A DNA stretch of 64,000 nucleotides from Balanoglossus misakiensis (Eukaryota; Animalia; Hemichordata): NCBI GenBank assembly GCA_040954595.2, contig JBECUI020000025.1:186001-250000 (forward strand), in the 5' to 3' direction. The notes below the pieces were generated by a model. The model made no database searches and had not been told where the DNA came from. It was given only the letters and a program-made list of their open reading frames with translations. This document shows positions 1-9,970 of this stretch, piece after piece (within the stretch, counting starts at the first letter, position 1; each line of letters opens with the position of its first letter). Made by a program: the position numbers and the translations under genes.

Positions 1-18
1 CCTCCTTACTAGAATATA

Positions 19-34
19 TGCAATTAGCGTGCCA
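19..34 (-). promoter_or_regulatory. sigma54 (RpoN) -24/-12 promoter for a gene beginning just left of the window
   Basis: Minus strand reads TGGCACGCTAATTGCA, matching TGGCACG-N4-TTGCW. An AAGGAGG Shine-Dalgarno follows 11 nt later (positions 7-1). Confidence 0.85.
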
Positions 35-99
35 AAAAGTCTATGAAAAATAAGTATTGATAAATCAACACTTTCTGCATTTCAGGAGAATGGGCTTTG

Positions 100-235
100 T
101 GTATCAATATGGAGCATGTGTCTCATAATGATACACTAGGAATGTTTAGTAATAAAAGTATCTTATTTTGATACAAATCTCAATGAAAGGAGCTATACAT
201 GTATCAAAACGATACACTTGTCTCATATTGCTACA
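100..235. promoter_or_regulatory. Four 17-bp imperfect palindromes TGT(A/C)TCA-N3-TGATACA in two tandem pairs; probable enhancer-binding-protein UAS
   Basis: Sites: 100-116 TGTATCAATATGGAGCA, 119-135 TGTCTCATAATGATACA, 200-216 TGTATCAAAACGATACA, 219-235 TGTCTCATATTGCTACA. Spacing is 19 bp within each pair and 100 bp between pairs, upstream of the sigma54 promoter. Confidence 0.7.
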
Positions 236-246
236 CTTCTCTGCTC

Positions 247-275
247 TTGCCAGAAGAAAAAAATTCCGATATAAT
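247..275 (+). promoter_or_regulatory. sigma70 promoter of the sugar dehydrogenase-pgeF-trp operon
   Basis: TTGCCA-N17-TATAAT, ending 8 nt before the ATG at 284. Confidence 0.6.
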
Positions 276-283
276 GAGAAGAA

Positions 284-1405
284 ATGAAATATTTTTTCAT
301 GCTTTTCACATTACTCAGTATGCTATTCATAGTACCGAAGCTCTCTGCACAGAACTTCCAGTCAAAGGAAGTAGAATTCTACGTAGAGATTGTTGCTGAG
401 GGACTTGACGTTCCATGGGATATCGAAGTTGAAAAGAACGGACGAATATTTATCCTGGAACGCCGTGGTATCATTAACATTCTTGAAGAGAAACAGATCC
501 GCGTCTATCATCAATTTATCGACATCTATCACTTAGGACAGGGTGGGCTCTTCGATATGAGCATTGACCCGGAATATGCAACAAACGGCTTTGTCTATAT
601 CAGTAGGACTATACAACGAAATGACAAGGTAATAACGCGATTATCTCGCTTCCTGGATACAGGTGAAGAGCTCATTGATGAGGTAGTTCTATACGATGCC
701 ACTCCAACTGGGTTCCCGAATAACTTTGGTGGAAGAATGCTTATTGACTTGCAAAATAAGTTGTACCTAACAGTTGGTGACCGCGGCATGCCCCCATTTG
801 CACAAAATCTTGACAATCTCAACGGCACTATTATCAGGCTCAATCTTGATGGTACAGTGCCTGGGGATAATCCATTTGTATACAAAAACGGCGTTCTTCG
901 AGAAATATATAGCTACGGGCACCGAAATCCACAGGGCTTGGCTGTTCATCCACTAAATGGGCTTATATACGCCGTAGAACATGGTCCTGCAGGATATGAC
1001 GCGCCTGCTGGTGGTGATGAGATCAATATTATTTCGGAAGGAAAGAACTACGGATGGCCTGTTATTTATCACCAGAAGCAACGGCGAAACATGCTTTCAC
1101 CAATTACTTCTTTCACCCCATCTACTTCTCCTGCTGATGCTGTTTTCTACGATGGGCAGATGTTTCCGGAATGGCAATACAATCTGTTAGTAGGGAATCT
1201 GCGGGATATGTCCATTCATCGTATTCAGTTGAACGGGGAAGGAACTGTGCAGGAATATGAAGCCCTTCTTGTTGGCAGATATGGTCGTATACGCGCGCTT
1301 GGGGTGGATGTAGATGGAAGCATTCTCTTTGCGACATCACAGGGAGACCAAATCGATGTTGTAAATCAGGATCGTGTTCTTCGTATTATTCGTGGAAAGA
1401 AATAA
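284..1405 (+). CDS. PQQ-dependent glucose/sorbosone (aldose sugar) dehydrogenase, secreted
   Basis: Signal peptide; GL.VPW, GQGGLFD, SYGHRNPQGLA, EHGP..GDEIN and GKNYGWP motifs of the GSDH/YliI beta-propeller family. Confidence 0.9.
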   Translation: MKYFFMLFTLLSMLFIVPKLSAQNFQSKEVEFYVEIVAEGLDVPWDIEVEKNGRIFILERRGIINILEEKQIRVYHQFIDIYHLGQGGLFDMSIDPEYATNGFVYISRTIQRNDKVITRLSRFLDTGEELIDEVVLYDATPTGFPNNFGGRMLIDLQNKLYLTVGDRGMPPFAQNLDNLNGTIIRLNLDGTVPGDNPFVYKNGVLREIYSYGHRNPQGLAVHPLNGLIYAVEHGPAGYDAPAGGDEINIISEGKNYGWPVIYHQKQRRNMLSPITSFTPSTSPADAVFYDGQMFPEWQYNLLVGNLRDMSIHRIQLNGEGTVQEYEALLVGRYGRIRALGVDVDGSILFATSQGDQIDVVNQDRVLRIIRGKK

Positions 1406-2127
1406 TGAGAAGGACACCGGATATATACTGCCCCGCTTCTCTTAATAATCCTCTGCTCTTCTGCGGCATGACCCTTCGTAGTTTAGAGTCTTTTCCTGAT
1501 ACCGGCTTTGATATCGGGAATGCAGAACATAGAGAGTGCTTTGAAACATTCATTCAGCCCTTCCAGTTACGTATGATGCATCGCCAAATGCACAGTACAA
1601 CTGTACACATCATAGATGATATAAATCCTCGAAGCGATTTGGAAGGGGATGGGCTTTTGACAAAGATACCGGGATTGTTGCTTGGCGTCCGAGTTGCTGA
1701 CTGTGCTGCAATTCTTCTGCATGATGCCGAACAAGATGTCCTTGCTGTTTTACATGCCGGATGGCGTGGATGTACAAAAAACATTGCCCGGACGGGAGTA
1801 GAGGCTATGCAAAATAATTACGGAACTGTCATTGATAATATTCATGCACATATATTTCCTGCTGCAGGACCGGATGCATACGAGGTCAAAGAAGATGTCG
1901 CCGCCTTGTTCCATGCCCCGAGTGATGTTGAGCAACGGGGAAATCAATACTACTTAAATATGCACGCAGTTATTCACAGACAACTAGAAGAAGCAGGAAT
2001 AAGAACAATAACACATTCACAGGATTCGACCATTACGAACCAGCAATATCATTCCTATCGTCGCGATGGAACAAATAGTGCTCGTATGTTAGTATTTGCA
2101 GGTATCCGAGGGGAAAAAAATGAGTGA
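1405..2127 (+). CDS. pgeF: YfiH/PgeF-family (polyphenol oxidase/FAMIN-like) protein
   Basis: QMHS, ADC, HAGWRG and HSYRRDG motifs; start overlaps the upstream stop (TAATG). Confidence 0.88.
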   Translation: MRRTPDIYCPASLNNPLLFCGMTLRSLESFPDTGFDIGNAEHRECFETFIQPFQLRMMHRQMHSTTVHIIDDINPRSDLEGDGLLTKIPGLLLGVRVADCAAILLHDAEQDVLAVLHAGWRGCTKNIARTGVEAMQNNYGTVIDNIHAHIFPAAGPDAYEVKEDVAALFHAPSDVEQRGNQYYLNMHAVIHRQLEEAGIRTITHSQDSTITNQQYHSYRRDGTNSARMLVFAGIRGEKNE

Positions 2128-3526
2128 TTGTATTGTTCGCATACATAATGCTGATAGCATGACACCCTACTCACTTGCACGCAAATTTTCTGCGAAAGTC
2201 TTGCTGGAGTCTGCTTCTCTTATGACACAAGGAAGATATTCGGTTCTCATGGTCCGCGAAGCATTCCGATTGTACCAGAATACAAATGGTATCTTTCTGC
2301 GTTTGCCCGATAAAAAATTTCGGGTGGGTGGTCAGTTTCGGGACATCCTTGATGTGCAATTCTATTTTGCAAAACAGTTTCAAGCAGGTATGCACCCCTT
2401 CCCAGTTCCTGCAGGTGGTATAGGATACCTTTCCTTCGAGTTTGCACAGTACTGCGATAAGATTCCCTTTACTCATAAAGACGATGTAATAGAAATGCCT
2501 ACGGCGGTGGCCCTTTTTGGTCATATATTCCTTATCTGTGACCACTACACTAATTTGCTTTATATCCTCGGACTGAACTACAAAGAAAGAAGTATCGATC
2601 TTGAGGCGGCTATCGATGAGATTGAAGCAAAACTTAGCGACCTTGATTTTAACTACCTCCGTACACATAACACATCTCATACAAATACCATCATTTCCGA
2701 CGAGGAGCGCATCAAAAAAGAATACATGCAAGGAGTTCGCACTCTTCAGAAAGAGATAGAGATGGGAGAATACTACCAATGTGTTCTTTCAAGAAGGATG
2801 GAAATTCAAACATCAATGCTAGCATTAGATGCATACAGACAGCTGCGAAATGCCAGTCCCGCACCTTACCTCTTCTTTCTGGACTTTGACAATTTTCAAA
2901 TACTTGGTGCCTCTCCCGAACTGCATCTAACCGTTAAGCAGGGCATAGCACGAGAACGTCCCCTTGCCGGAACAAGACGCCGCGGGAACTCCTACGATGA
3001 AGATCGGAAACTTGAAGAAGAATTACTTGCTGATCCGAAAGAACGGGCAGAACATCTCATGCTTGTTGATCTTGCACGAAACGATTTAGGAAGATGTTGC
3101 ATTCCCAGTTCCGTTACTGTCGATGAGTACATGTCAGTCGAACACTTCTCGAAAGTTATGCACATTGTTTCTTCAGTTTCAGGAAAACTTTCTCCAAAAT
3201 ACAGTGCTATTGATCTGCTGCGGGCAACTTTTCCTACCGGCACCATATCCGGAGCACCGAAAATACGTGCCATTGCCGCTATTGATGCCATCGAAAAACA
3301 TCCACGGCATTTCTATGCGGGAGTCATTGGATATATAGATGCGGGTGGCGATCTTGATACCTGTATCACTATCCGGACCGCATTAAAGATGCATGACCGG
3401 TTTTATTTGCAAGCTGGTGCAGGTATCGTATACGACTCAAAACCTGAGCGTGAATACCAAGAAACAAATGAAAAATTATCCGCACTTATGGAGGCTATTG
3501 GATTAAAAAATGATACTGTTAATTGA
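2120..3526 (+). CDS. trpE: anthranilate synthase component I
   Basis: LLES, PLAGTRRRG, AEHLMLVDLARND, GTISGAPKIRA and QAGAGIV motifs; ATG at 2120 follows GAGGGG. Confidence 0.95.
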   Translation: MSDCIVRIHNADSMTPYSLARKFSAKVLLESASLMTQGRYSVLMVREAFRLYQNTNGIFLRLPDKKFRVGGQFRDILDVQFYFAKQFQAGMHPFPVPAGGIGYLSFEFAQYCDKIPFTHKDDVIEMPTAVALFGHIFLICDHYTNLLYILGLNYKERSIDLEAAIDEIEAKLSDLDFNYLRTHNTSHTNTIISDEERIKKEYMQGVRTLQKEIEMGEYYQCVLSRRMEIQTSMLALDAYRQLRNASPAPYLFFLDFDNFQILGASPELHLTVKQGIARERPLAGTRRRGNSYDEDRKLEEELLADPKERAEHLMLVDLARNDLGRCCIPSSVTVDEYMSVEHFSKVMHIVSSVSGKLSPKYSAIDLLRATFPTGTISGAPKIRAIAAIDAIEKHPRHFYAGVIGYIDAGGDLDTCITIRTALKMHDRFYLQAGAGIVYDSKPEREYQETNEKLSALMEAIGLKNDTVN

Positions 3527-5126
3527 TAACTACGATTCATTTACCTACAATCTGTATCAATACTTAAAAGAAATAAGTAAAGAAGAAGTTCGCGTAGTAC
3601 GCAACGACACCTTAAGTGTTACAGATGTGCTAAAGCTACAACCCAGTAGTATTATTATTTCTCCCGGACCCGGACGTCCGGAAACTGCAGGGATTGCTGT
3701 GGAACTTGTTCGAGCTGCTGCAGGAAAAATTCCTATCCTCGGCGTCTGCCAAGGCTTGCAGGCGATTGCAATTGCCTTCGATATGAAGGTGGTTCAAGCA
3801 AAAACAATTTCTCATGGGAAAACCGATCAAGTAACACATGATGGGAAGGCACTCTTCCGTTCTATCCCATCGCCGACAACCTGCACACGCTATCACTCTT
3901 TGGCAATAGAAGCGGATAGCATACATCCGGATTTTGAGGTTTCAGCACGAACGGCCGATGGGGAAATAATGGGCATGCGCCATAAGAATCATATTATCGA
4001 AGGGGTACAATTCCATCCCGAGTCCATTGCAAGCCAGGAGGGAAAAAAATTGCTTCGTAACTTTCTTCATTATCAACGCGCAGCATTTATCCCCCAAGAT
4101 ACCCTTGAAAAAATCATTGACAGGACTTCGCTGACAATGCAGGAATCCCAACGATTGTTTGAAGAAGTTACATCCGGTAATGTTTCCCCCGTCTTCCTCT
4201 CTGCGTTTCTTGCTGCATTTCGAATGAAGCAGGTTACGGCAGCGGAACTAGCAGGTGCGGCAGCGGCATTAATGAGTAATATGGAAGAATTTCCTGCATC
4301 AGGCAAACTTCTTGATACCTGCGGAACAGGGGGAGACGGCTTAAACACCTTTAATATATCATCAATAACTGCACTTATGGCTGCCTCCTGCGGTACACGA
4401 GTTGCAAAACATGGGAATCGCAATGTCAGTTCGCAAAGTGGTAGTTCTGACTTTTATCAAGCGCTTGGCATGCCGATTAACCTGAGTCCTGCAGATTCGG
4501 CAACCCTTCTGGAAAAAACAAACTTCACGTTTCTCTATGCACGTCTTTATCATCCTTCTATGAAACATGCAGCAGCTGTACGAAAGGAACTGAGAATAAA
4601 AACACTTATGAATCTCATAGGCCCGATGGTAAATCCTGCAAAGGCAAGCCACCGGATGGTTGGCGTGTACAATGCGGAACTAACAAGCATTATGGCGAAG
4701 GCCGCGCGCATGTTGGAATTTAAACGGGCTATCTTCTTTAGTACGGAGGACGGTCAGGATGAAATATCAGTTATTACTAAGTCATTCGGCATCCTACTCT
4801 TGCCGGACGGCTCGCTGGAATCAATTAGTATTAATCCGCGCCAGTACCGGATACCGGACTACAATATCGATAACCTTCGTGGAGGCAGTCCCCTGGAGAA
4901 TGCAAAAGAAGCCTGGGAAATTGCTCGTGGCAATGGGAGAAATGCCATCCGAGACGCTATGATCCTCAATACAGCCTGTGCCCTCTATGTTTATGAAACA
5001 GTGCCATCCATTAAGAGTGGAATAGACTTGGTACGTGAGGCACATGCTAGGGGAGCACTCAAACAAAAAATGGAAGAAGTTATTGATACCGCTAAGAGCC
5101 TTGCAGCTCATAGCAGTGAAAACTAG
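3510..5126 (+). CDS. trpGD: bifunctional anthranilate synthase component II / anthranilate phosphoribosyltransferase (TrpG-TrpD fusion)
   Basis: N-terminal IDNYDSFTYNL, SPGPG, GVC and QFHPES (GATase); C-terminal DTCGTGGDG and KHGNR (TrpD). Confidence 0.95.
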   Translation: MILLIDNYDSFTYNLYQYLKEISKEEVRVVRNDTLSVTDVLKLQPSSIIISPGPGRPETAGIAVELVRAAAGKIPILGVCQGLQAIAIAFDMKVVQAKTISHGKTDQVTHDGKALFRSIPSPTTCTRYHSLAIEADSIHPDFEVSARTADGEIMGMRHKNHIIEGVQFHPESIASQEGKKLLRNFLHYQRAAFIPQDTLEKIIDRTSLTMQESQRLFEEVTSGNVSPVFLSAFLAAFRMKQVTAAELAGAAAALMSNMEEFPASGKLLDTCGTGGDGLNTFNISSITALMAASCGTRVAKHGNRNVSSQSGSSDFYQALGMPINLSPADSATLLEKTNFTFLYARLYHPSMKHAAAVRKELRIKTLMNLIGPMVNPAKASHRMVGVYNAELTSIMAKAARMLEFKRAIFFSTEDGQDEISVITKSFGILLLPDGSLESISINPRQYRIPDYNIDNLRGGSPLENAKEAWEIARGNGRNAIRDAMILNTACALYVYETVPSIKSGIDLVREAHARGALKQKMEEVIDTAKSLAAHSSEN

Positions 5127-5131
5127 AAGCA

Positions 5132-6583
5132 ATGCAAGAGCATGATATTTGTGCAGAAATTGTTAGCAAACGCCGAAAAACCATTGCAGAAAAAGGGTAT
5201 TCTGCCGGGCTATCCCTGCCGAAAACACGTGATCTGCCGCTACAACCCTTTCTCCGTTCGCCGGCTCTTATCTGTGAAATAAAACGACGAAGTCCTTCCC
5301 GTGGAACCATTAAAGGAAAGCTCGATCCGATAGCACAGGCAGATGAGTACCGACGGCGTAATATAAGCAGCATTTCGGTACTAACTGAAGAAAACTATTT
5401 CTCCGGCTCTCTGCAGGATCTTCGAGAAATAAAACAACGATTCCCGGATCTTGCCATATTACGCAAAGACTTTCTCCTGGACAAGGAAGATATTCTGGTA
5501 TCCTACCGGGCAGGAGCGGATGCTATCTTATTGATTGCATCAATCCATAGTAAGCAAATGCTTGCTGATTTACATCACTATGCTCGAAAACTGGGACTTG
5601 CCGTACTGGTAGAGGCACATAGTAACGAAGACATTGAAAAAATAGCCTTTGTGCAACCGGAGATTGTCGGTATAAACTGTCGCAATCTACAAACATTTCG
5701 TATTGACCGCTTGCAGCCCCTTGTCCTCCGTCCCCTCATTACCTGGCAGGCAAAGATCGTCTATGAGTCGGGCATAGAAACTGTCTTCGATGCCGATTTT
5801 GCCTACGATAGTGGCTTTGATGCTATCCTCTGTGGGGAAGCAGTAACCAGAAATCCTGAACTGGCGACATTACTGCGCGATTCGGCATTGGGCAAGAGAT
5901 CGGATCGCATACAGCATCCCCAGCCGAAATTCTGGCAATATATTGCATCTCTGCTTGCACGCTATCGAGGACTGTCTCGCCCCATGTTAAAAATATGCGG
6001 CATTTGTAACCGCGCCGATGCATTAGCAGCAGCGCAGGCAGGTGCGGATATGTTGGGATTCATCTTTGCCGAATCGCCAAGACAGGTAGATTCTTCTCTT
6101 CTTGCCGATTTAGATGACCTATCTCTGCCAAAAATTGCAGTGCATACCGGTAATCCTGCTAACCCTCTTTCCGACGAGGTTGCAACTCTTCTTGCAAAGG
6201 GAAAAATTGATGCAGTGCAATTGCACGGAAATGAAAGCCCTGAAGACTGTGCCGGGATCATTCCCTCGTACAAAGCCCTTCGCCCGAAAACCGGCGGGCA
6301 AGAGCGGCATTCCTACCGAACCCCGCGTATCTTGCTTGATGCCTGGCATAAGAAACTAGCAGGTGGTACCGGTCAACAAGTTTCTCCGGCTATACTTGAG
6401 CAATGGAAAGAACCGCTATGGTTGGCAGGTGGCATTGGAATTGATAACGTAGAACACTGTATAAGAACCTGGAATCCCGAACTCATTGATGTATCAAGTA
6501 AATTGGAGCAAGGCTTGAGAAAAAAGGACCATGCACTGATGATGAATTTTGCTCGGATTGTAACGAGGAGTTCCCACGTATGA
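5132..6583 (+). CDS. trpCF: bifunctional indole-3-glycerol-phosphate synthase / phosphoribosylanthranilate isomerase (TrpC-TrpF fusion)
   Basis: EIKRRSPSRG, SVLTE, LRKDF and ESGI, followed by KICGI, VQLHG, GGTG, LAGG and DVSS. Confidence 0.93.
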   Translation: MQEHDICAEIVSKRRKTIAEKGYSAGLSLPKTRDLPLQPFLRSPALICEIKRRSPSRGTIKGKLDPIAQADEYRRRNISSISVLTEENYFSGSLQDLREIKQRFPDLAILRKDFLLDKEDILVSYRAGADAILLIASIHSKQMLADLHHYARKLGLAVLVEAHSNEDIEKIAFVQPEIVGINCRNLQTFRIDRLQPLVLRPLITWQAKIVYESGIETVFDADFAYDSGFDAILCGEAVTRNPELATLLRDSALGKRSDRIQHPQPKFWQYIASLLARYRGLSRPMLKICGICNRADALAAAQAGADMLGFIFAESPRQVDSSLLADLDDLSLPKIAVHTGNPANPLSDEVATLLAKGKIDAVQLHGNESPEDCAGIIPSYKALRPKTGGQERHSYRTPRILLDAWHKKLAGGTGQQVSPAILEQWKEPLWLAGGIGIDNVEHCIRTWNPELIDVSSKLEQGLRKKDHALMMNFARIVTRSSHV

Positions 6584-7809
6584 AGAAGAAAAAGATTGTG
6601 CAAGGCAATTTTGATGGATTCGGAGGACGCTATGTTCCTGAAATGTTACAACCCTCTCTTGCAGCATTGGAAGAGGCCTTTGAAGATGCCATGCAAGACA
6701 GTACATTCCTTGCAGAACTAGAACGGATTGCACATCAGTTTATTGGCAGACCAACTCCCCTTCTCCATGCGGAAGCTGCCAGCCGTGCTCTTAATGGTGC
6801 TGATATATACATAAAACTGGAAGGGCTCGCAAATACCGGCGCACATAAGATAAACAATGCTATGGGACAGGCCCTTCTTGCAAAGAGAATGGGGAAAAAA
6901 AGAATCATAGCTGAAACTGGTGCCGGGCAGCACGGGCTTGCGGTAGCAGTCGCCTCTGCACGGATGGGGCTGGAATGCACGATATACATAGGCGAGACGG
7001 ATTATCGCAGACAACGCCCCAATGTCTTTTATATGGAGTTATTCGGCGCAGAGGTCAAGACGGTAACAGCAGGGAGTAAAACCTTAAAAGATGCAGTTAC
7101 ACGGGCGCTGCAGGAGTGGGCGGAAAGATATCATGATACCCACTACCTTATCGGTTCAGCACTCGGTCCTACCCCCTACCCCGACATGGTCCGGGAATTC
7201 CAGTCGGTTATCGGCAAAGAAACAAAAGAGCAACTGGCTGAAGAAGGAAAAGCGGCAGATGTAATCATTGCCTCCGTTGGTGGCGGATCAAATGCAATGG
7301 GAATATTTTCCCCCTACCTACAAGATACAAATGTCCGGCTTATCGGTGCTGAAGCAGGTGGAAGAGGGCTTGCATTGGGTGAACATGCCAGTAGAATGAC
7401 TGGACAAGGAAAAACCGGAATTGTGCACGGATACAAGTCATACTTTTTAAGCAACGAAGACGGGCAGGTTGCAGAAACTCATTCCATATCGGCAGGTCTG
7501 GACTATGCCGGCATTGGGCCGGAACTAGCCGCACTTGCTGCCCGAGAGCGCGTAGAATTTATGCGCATAAGCGACAAGGAAGCACTAGAGGCATTCAAAT
7601 TCTTTGCAAAACACGAAGGACTGATCTTTGCCCTGGAATCAGCCCATGCTGCTGCTGCAACATTGCAGATTGCCGGTACACTGCCGAAGGGAAAAGTCTT
7701 GGTAATTAATATGTCCGGCAGAGGCGATAAGGATATATTTATTCTTGCACGGGAATTGCAGGCAAAGAACTGGAAAAATTTTCTGGAAACGGAGGCTTCG
7801 CAGTTATGA
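6580..7809 (+). CDS. trpB: tryptophan synthase beta chain
   Basis: GAHKINN (PLP lysine), AETGAGQHG, SISAGLDY, SGRGDKD. Confidence 0.97.
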   Translation: MKKKKIVQGNFDGFGGRYVPEMLQPSLAALEEAFEDAMQDSTFLAELERIAHQFIGRPTPLLHAEAASRALNGADIYIKLEGLANTGAHKINNAMGQALLAKRMGKKRIIAETGAGQHGLAVAVASARMGLECTIYIGETDYRRQRPNVFYMELFGAEVKTVTAGSKTLKDAVTRALQEWAERYHDTHYLIGSALGPTPYPDMVREFQSVIGKETKEQLAEEGKAADVIIASVGGGSNAMGIFSPYLQDTNVRLIGAEAGGRGLALGEHASRMTGQGKTGIVHGYKSYFLSNEDGQVAETHSISAGLDYAGIGPELAALAARERVEFMRISDKEALEAFKFFAKHEGLIFALESAHAAAATLQIAGTLPKGKVLVINMSGRGDKDIFILARELQAKNWKNFLETEASQL

Positions 7810-8540
7810 GTACGGCACCAAAGCTAATGACACATATTATTCCGTACTATCCGGATTACTCTACATCCTTGCAGGCAGTTGAATACGTCATAGAGGCAGG
7901 GGCTGCTATGCTGGAACTGCAATTCCCTTTTTCCGACCCGTCGGCAGATGGGCCAATCATACAAGGGGCATGCAGCAGGGCACTGGCAAATGGCTTTACA
8001 GTCCAGAAGGGCTTCCAGTTCATTCGCGAGCTCCCACGCACAATTCCCATCTTTATTATGACCTATGCCAATATCATATTTACAGTAGGCATAAGGAATT
8101 TTGTTCGTCGATGTGCAGAGCTGGGCATAACAGGTTTGATAGTACCCGACCTCCCCCCCGATTGTAACGAGGGACTAGACAAAGCATGTGAAGAAAGCGG
8201 ACTGGAAAACGTTGCTGTAACCCTTGTCGGCATACCAAGTGAACGACTCGACCTGATACGCAACCGGCATTACATCTATGTATCACTTAGAAGCGGCATT
8301 ACCGGCAAGTATACGCAGTTGCCACAAGAAAGTCTGGAGTCCCTGCAATCAATGCGGAAAGGCAATAGCCAAACAATAGCAGGATTCGGCATTCGAAGCT
8401 CCGAACAGATAGAAACGCTTGCACCCTATACTGATATAGTAGTTGTCGGATCCGCCATTGTTAAAATTCTTGGCGACTACGGTGTAGGAGCACAGCTAAA
8501 AAATTTTCTTACCGAACTTATGCAGAAATGTCATAAATAG
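7806..8540 (+). CDS. trpA: tryptophan synthase alpha chain
   Basis: ELQFPFSDPSADGPIIQ, GITG, GFGI and VVVGSA motifs; follows trpB. Confidence 0.95.
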   Translation: MSTAPKLMTHIIPYYPDYSTSLQAVEYVIEAGAAMLELQFPFSDPSADGPIIQGACSRALANGFTVQKGFQFIRELPRTIPIFIMTYANIIFTVGIRNFVRRCAELGITGLIVPDLPPDCNEGLDKACEESGLENVAVTLVGIPSERLDLIRNRHYIYVSLRSGITGKYTQLPQESLESLQSMRKGNSQTIAGFGIRSSEQIETLAPYTDIVVVGSAIVKILGDYGVGAQLKNFLTELMQKCHK

Positions 8541-8619
8541 ATTGACAAAGAATAAGAATTACGATATTTTGATCTAAAGAAAGTAAACCTGCTCCTGCAG
8601 GAAAGAGGAGAGAAAAAGA

Positions 8620-8943
8620 ATGAGTATTACTACTATAACAAAAGACAATTTTCAGTCGGAGGTCTTAGATTCCTCCACCCCTGTGCTTGTTGATTTCTGG
8701 GCAGATTGGTGCCCACCATGTAAAATGCTTGCACCGATTCTTGATGAGATAGCAAAAGAATACGAGGGCAAGATACAAATTGCTAAGGTTAATGTTGATG
8801 ACAACCAGGAACTAGCACAACAGTACGATATTGTTAACATTCCCACCCTACTTCTTTTTTCTAACAAAGAGATAATAAAGAAACAGGTTGGAGCAGTACA
8901 GAAAAAAGCGCTCGTCGGATTGTTCGAAGATTTAATCCAGTAA
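8620..8943 (+). CDS. trxA: thioredoxin
   Basis: DFWADWCPPCK active site; RBS GAGGAG; TTGACA at 8542 upstream. Confidence 0.95.
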   Translation: MSITTITKDNFQSEVLDSSTPVLVDFWADWCPPCKMLAPILDEIAKEYEGKIQIAKVNVDDNQELAQQYDIVNIPTLLLFSNKEIIKKQVGAVQKKALVGLFEDLIQ

Positions 8944-8947
8944 GCGC

Positions 8948-9931
8948 TTATTCATAACGTTCATCAATATTTATCATGCCGAAACTTGCACCACGCGTAG
9001 GAGTAATATGCCAGTCCTTCTTGTCATTGGTATCGGCAGAACTACTGCTACGCGAAATGGAACGGGTAGCGGTACTATCTAGCGGGTTAATGGCATCTTC
9101 GGGAACAATGCTGTTGCCGGCAATGTGCCAAGCACCCTCCCGAACTAATTCTTCTGCTTGAAGAAAAACCGATTTCTTGCTAAACCCCCGATAGTCCTCA
9201 TTCTCATCATAGGTTTTGACACTGTAAATAACAGCATCAATAATTTTCCCATTCGGACGATCGTATAGGCTCAAGCTTCCGTTTGTATTTGAGATCCCGT
9301 TTCCGTTTGGAATTAAAAAATTCAGCACATCGGAGCTATCAGGGGGAAGAGAAGTCGTCTCGTCTCCAGAATCTTTGCAGTGAATAATGATATATGTACC
9401 CGCTGAAACCTCCAATGATGGAAGGATAAGCTGCGATTCCCATGAAGACTTTGTTCCCTCATAGAATGTAAGTCCCGCTGTATTTCCGGAACGAAGGATG
9501 TACAGTTCCACTCTGTCAGGATTGTTTCCGCTTCCCTCCGTCGTGAACTCATTAATAACTATCTCAGGCAAAGAAGAATTCAATCCGTACCATGGAATAT
9601 AGACTAAGGTCGTATTGCCCGCATTATCGTAGACACGAATGCTGAGCAAATACTCAAGCCCGGGAAGAGCCGCATTCTTATACACAAGAATCAATTCCAT
9701 GCCTTCATCTATCAGTTCCTGTAATTCCAAATCCGGTGTCGTATCGATATCTGCCATGCTGCTGTGAATAGGCTCATTAAACTCTATGGAAAGAGTATAT
9801 GCATCCCTGAGGGAATAGTGCAACATTTTCGGCACCAGTGTATCTACAGAAGCATCATTGTATTGAAAGGGCATTACCGGATCACAGGAATCGATAGACA
9901 ACAAGAAAAGCAAAGAAATGAGAACTATCAT
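8948..9931 (-). CDS. hypothetical exported (possibly lipo)protein with lamin-tail-like domain
   Basis: Hydrophobic N-terminus ending IDSC; IVINEF...DRVELY, GSLSLYD...IDAVIY and TPTRG motifs resemble LTD-domain proteins. Confidence 0.6.
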   Translation of the reverse strand: MIVLISLLFLLSIDSCDPVMPFQYNDASVDTLVPKMLHYSLRDAYTLSIEFNEPIHSSMADIDTTPDLELQELIDEGMELILVYKNAALPGLEYLLSIRVYDNAGNTTLVYIPWYGLNSSLPEIVINEFTTEGSGNNPDRVELYILRSGNTAGLTFYEGTKSSWESQLILPSLEVSAGTYIIIHCKDSGDETTSLPPDSSDVLNFLIPNGNGISNTNGSLSLYDRPNGKIIDAVIYSVKTYDENEDYRGFSKKSVFLQAEELVREGAWHIAGNSIVPEDAINPLDSTATRSISRSSSSADTNDKKDWHITPTRGASFGMINIDERYE

Positions 9932-9970
9932 TCAATTCTAATAAACACAAAACATGCTTATCTGCTTCAA

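Noticed and set aside
100-235. Mini-CRISPR array
   Set aside because: The units are 17-bp imperfect palindromes with 2-bp gaps, with no spacer structure and no cas genes; they fit operator sites better.
199-399. 66-aa ORF as a trp leader peptide
   Set aside because: It has no Trp codons and overlaps both the promoter and the real gene in another frame.
2171-2779. Long antisense or overlapping ORFs (e.g. 2171-2779, 49055-49687, 9764-10270)
   Set aside because: They are shadows of well-supported genes and carry no recognisable motifs.
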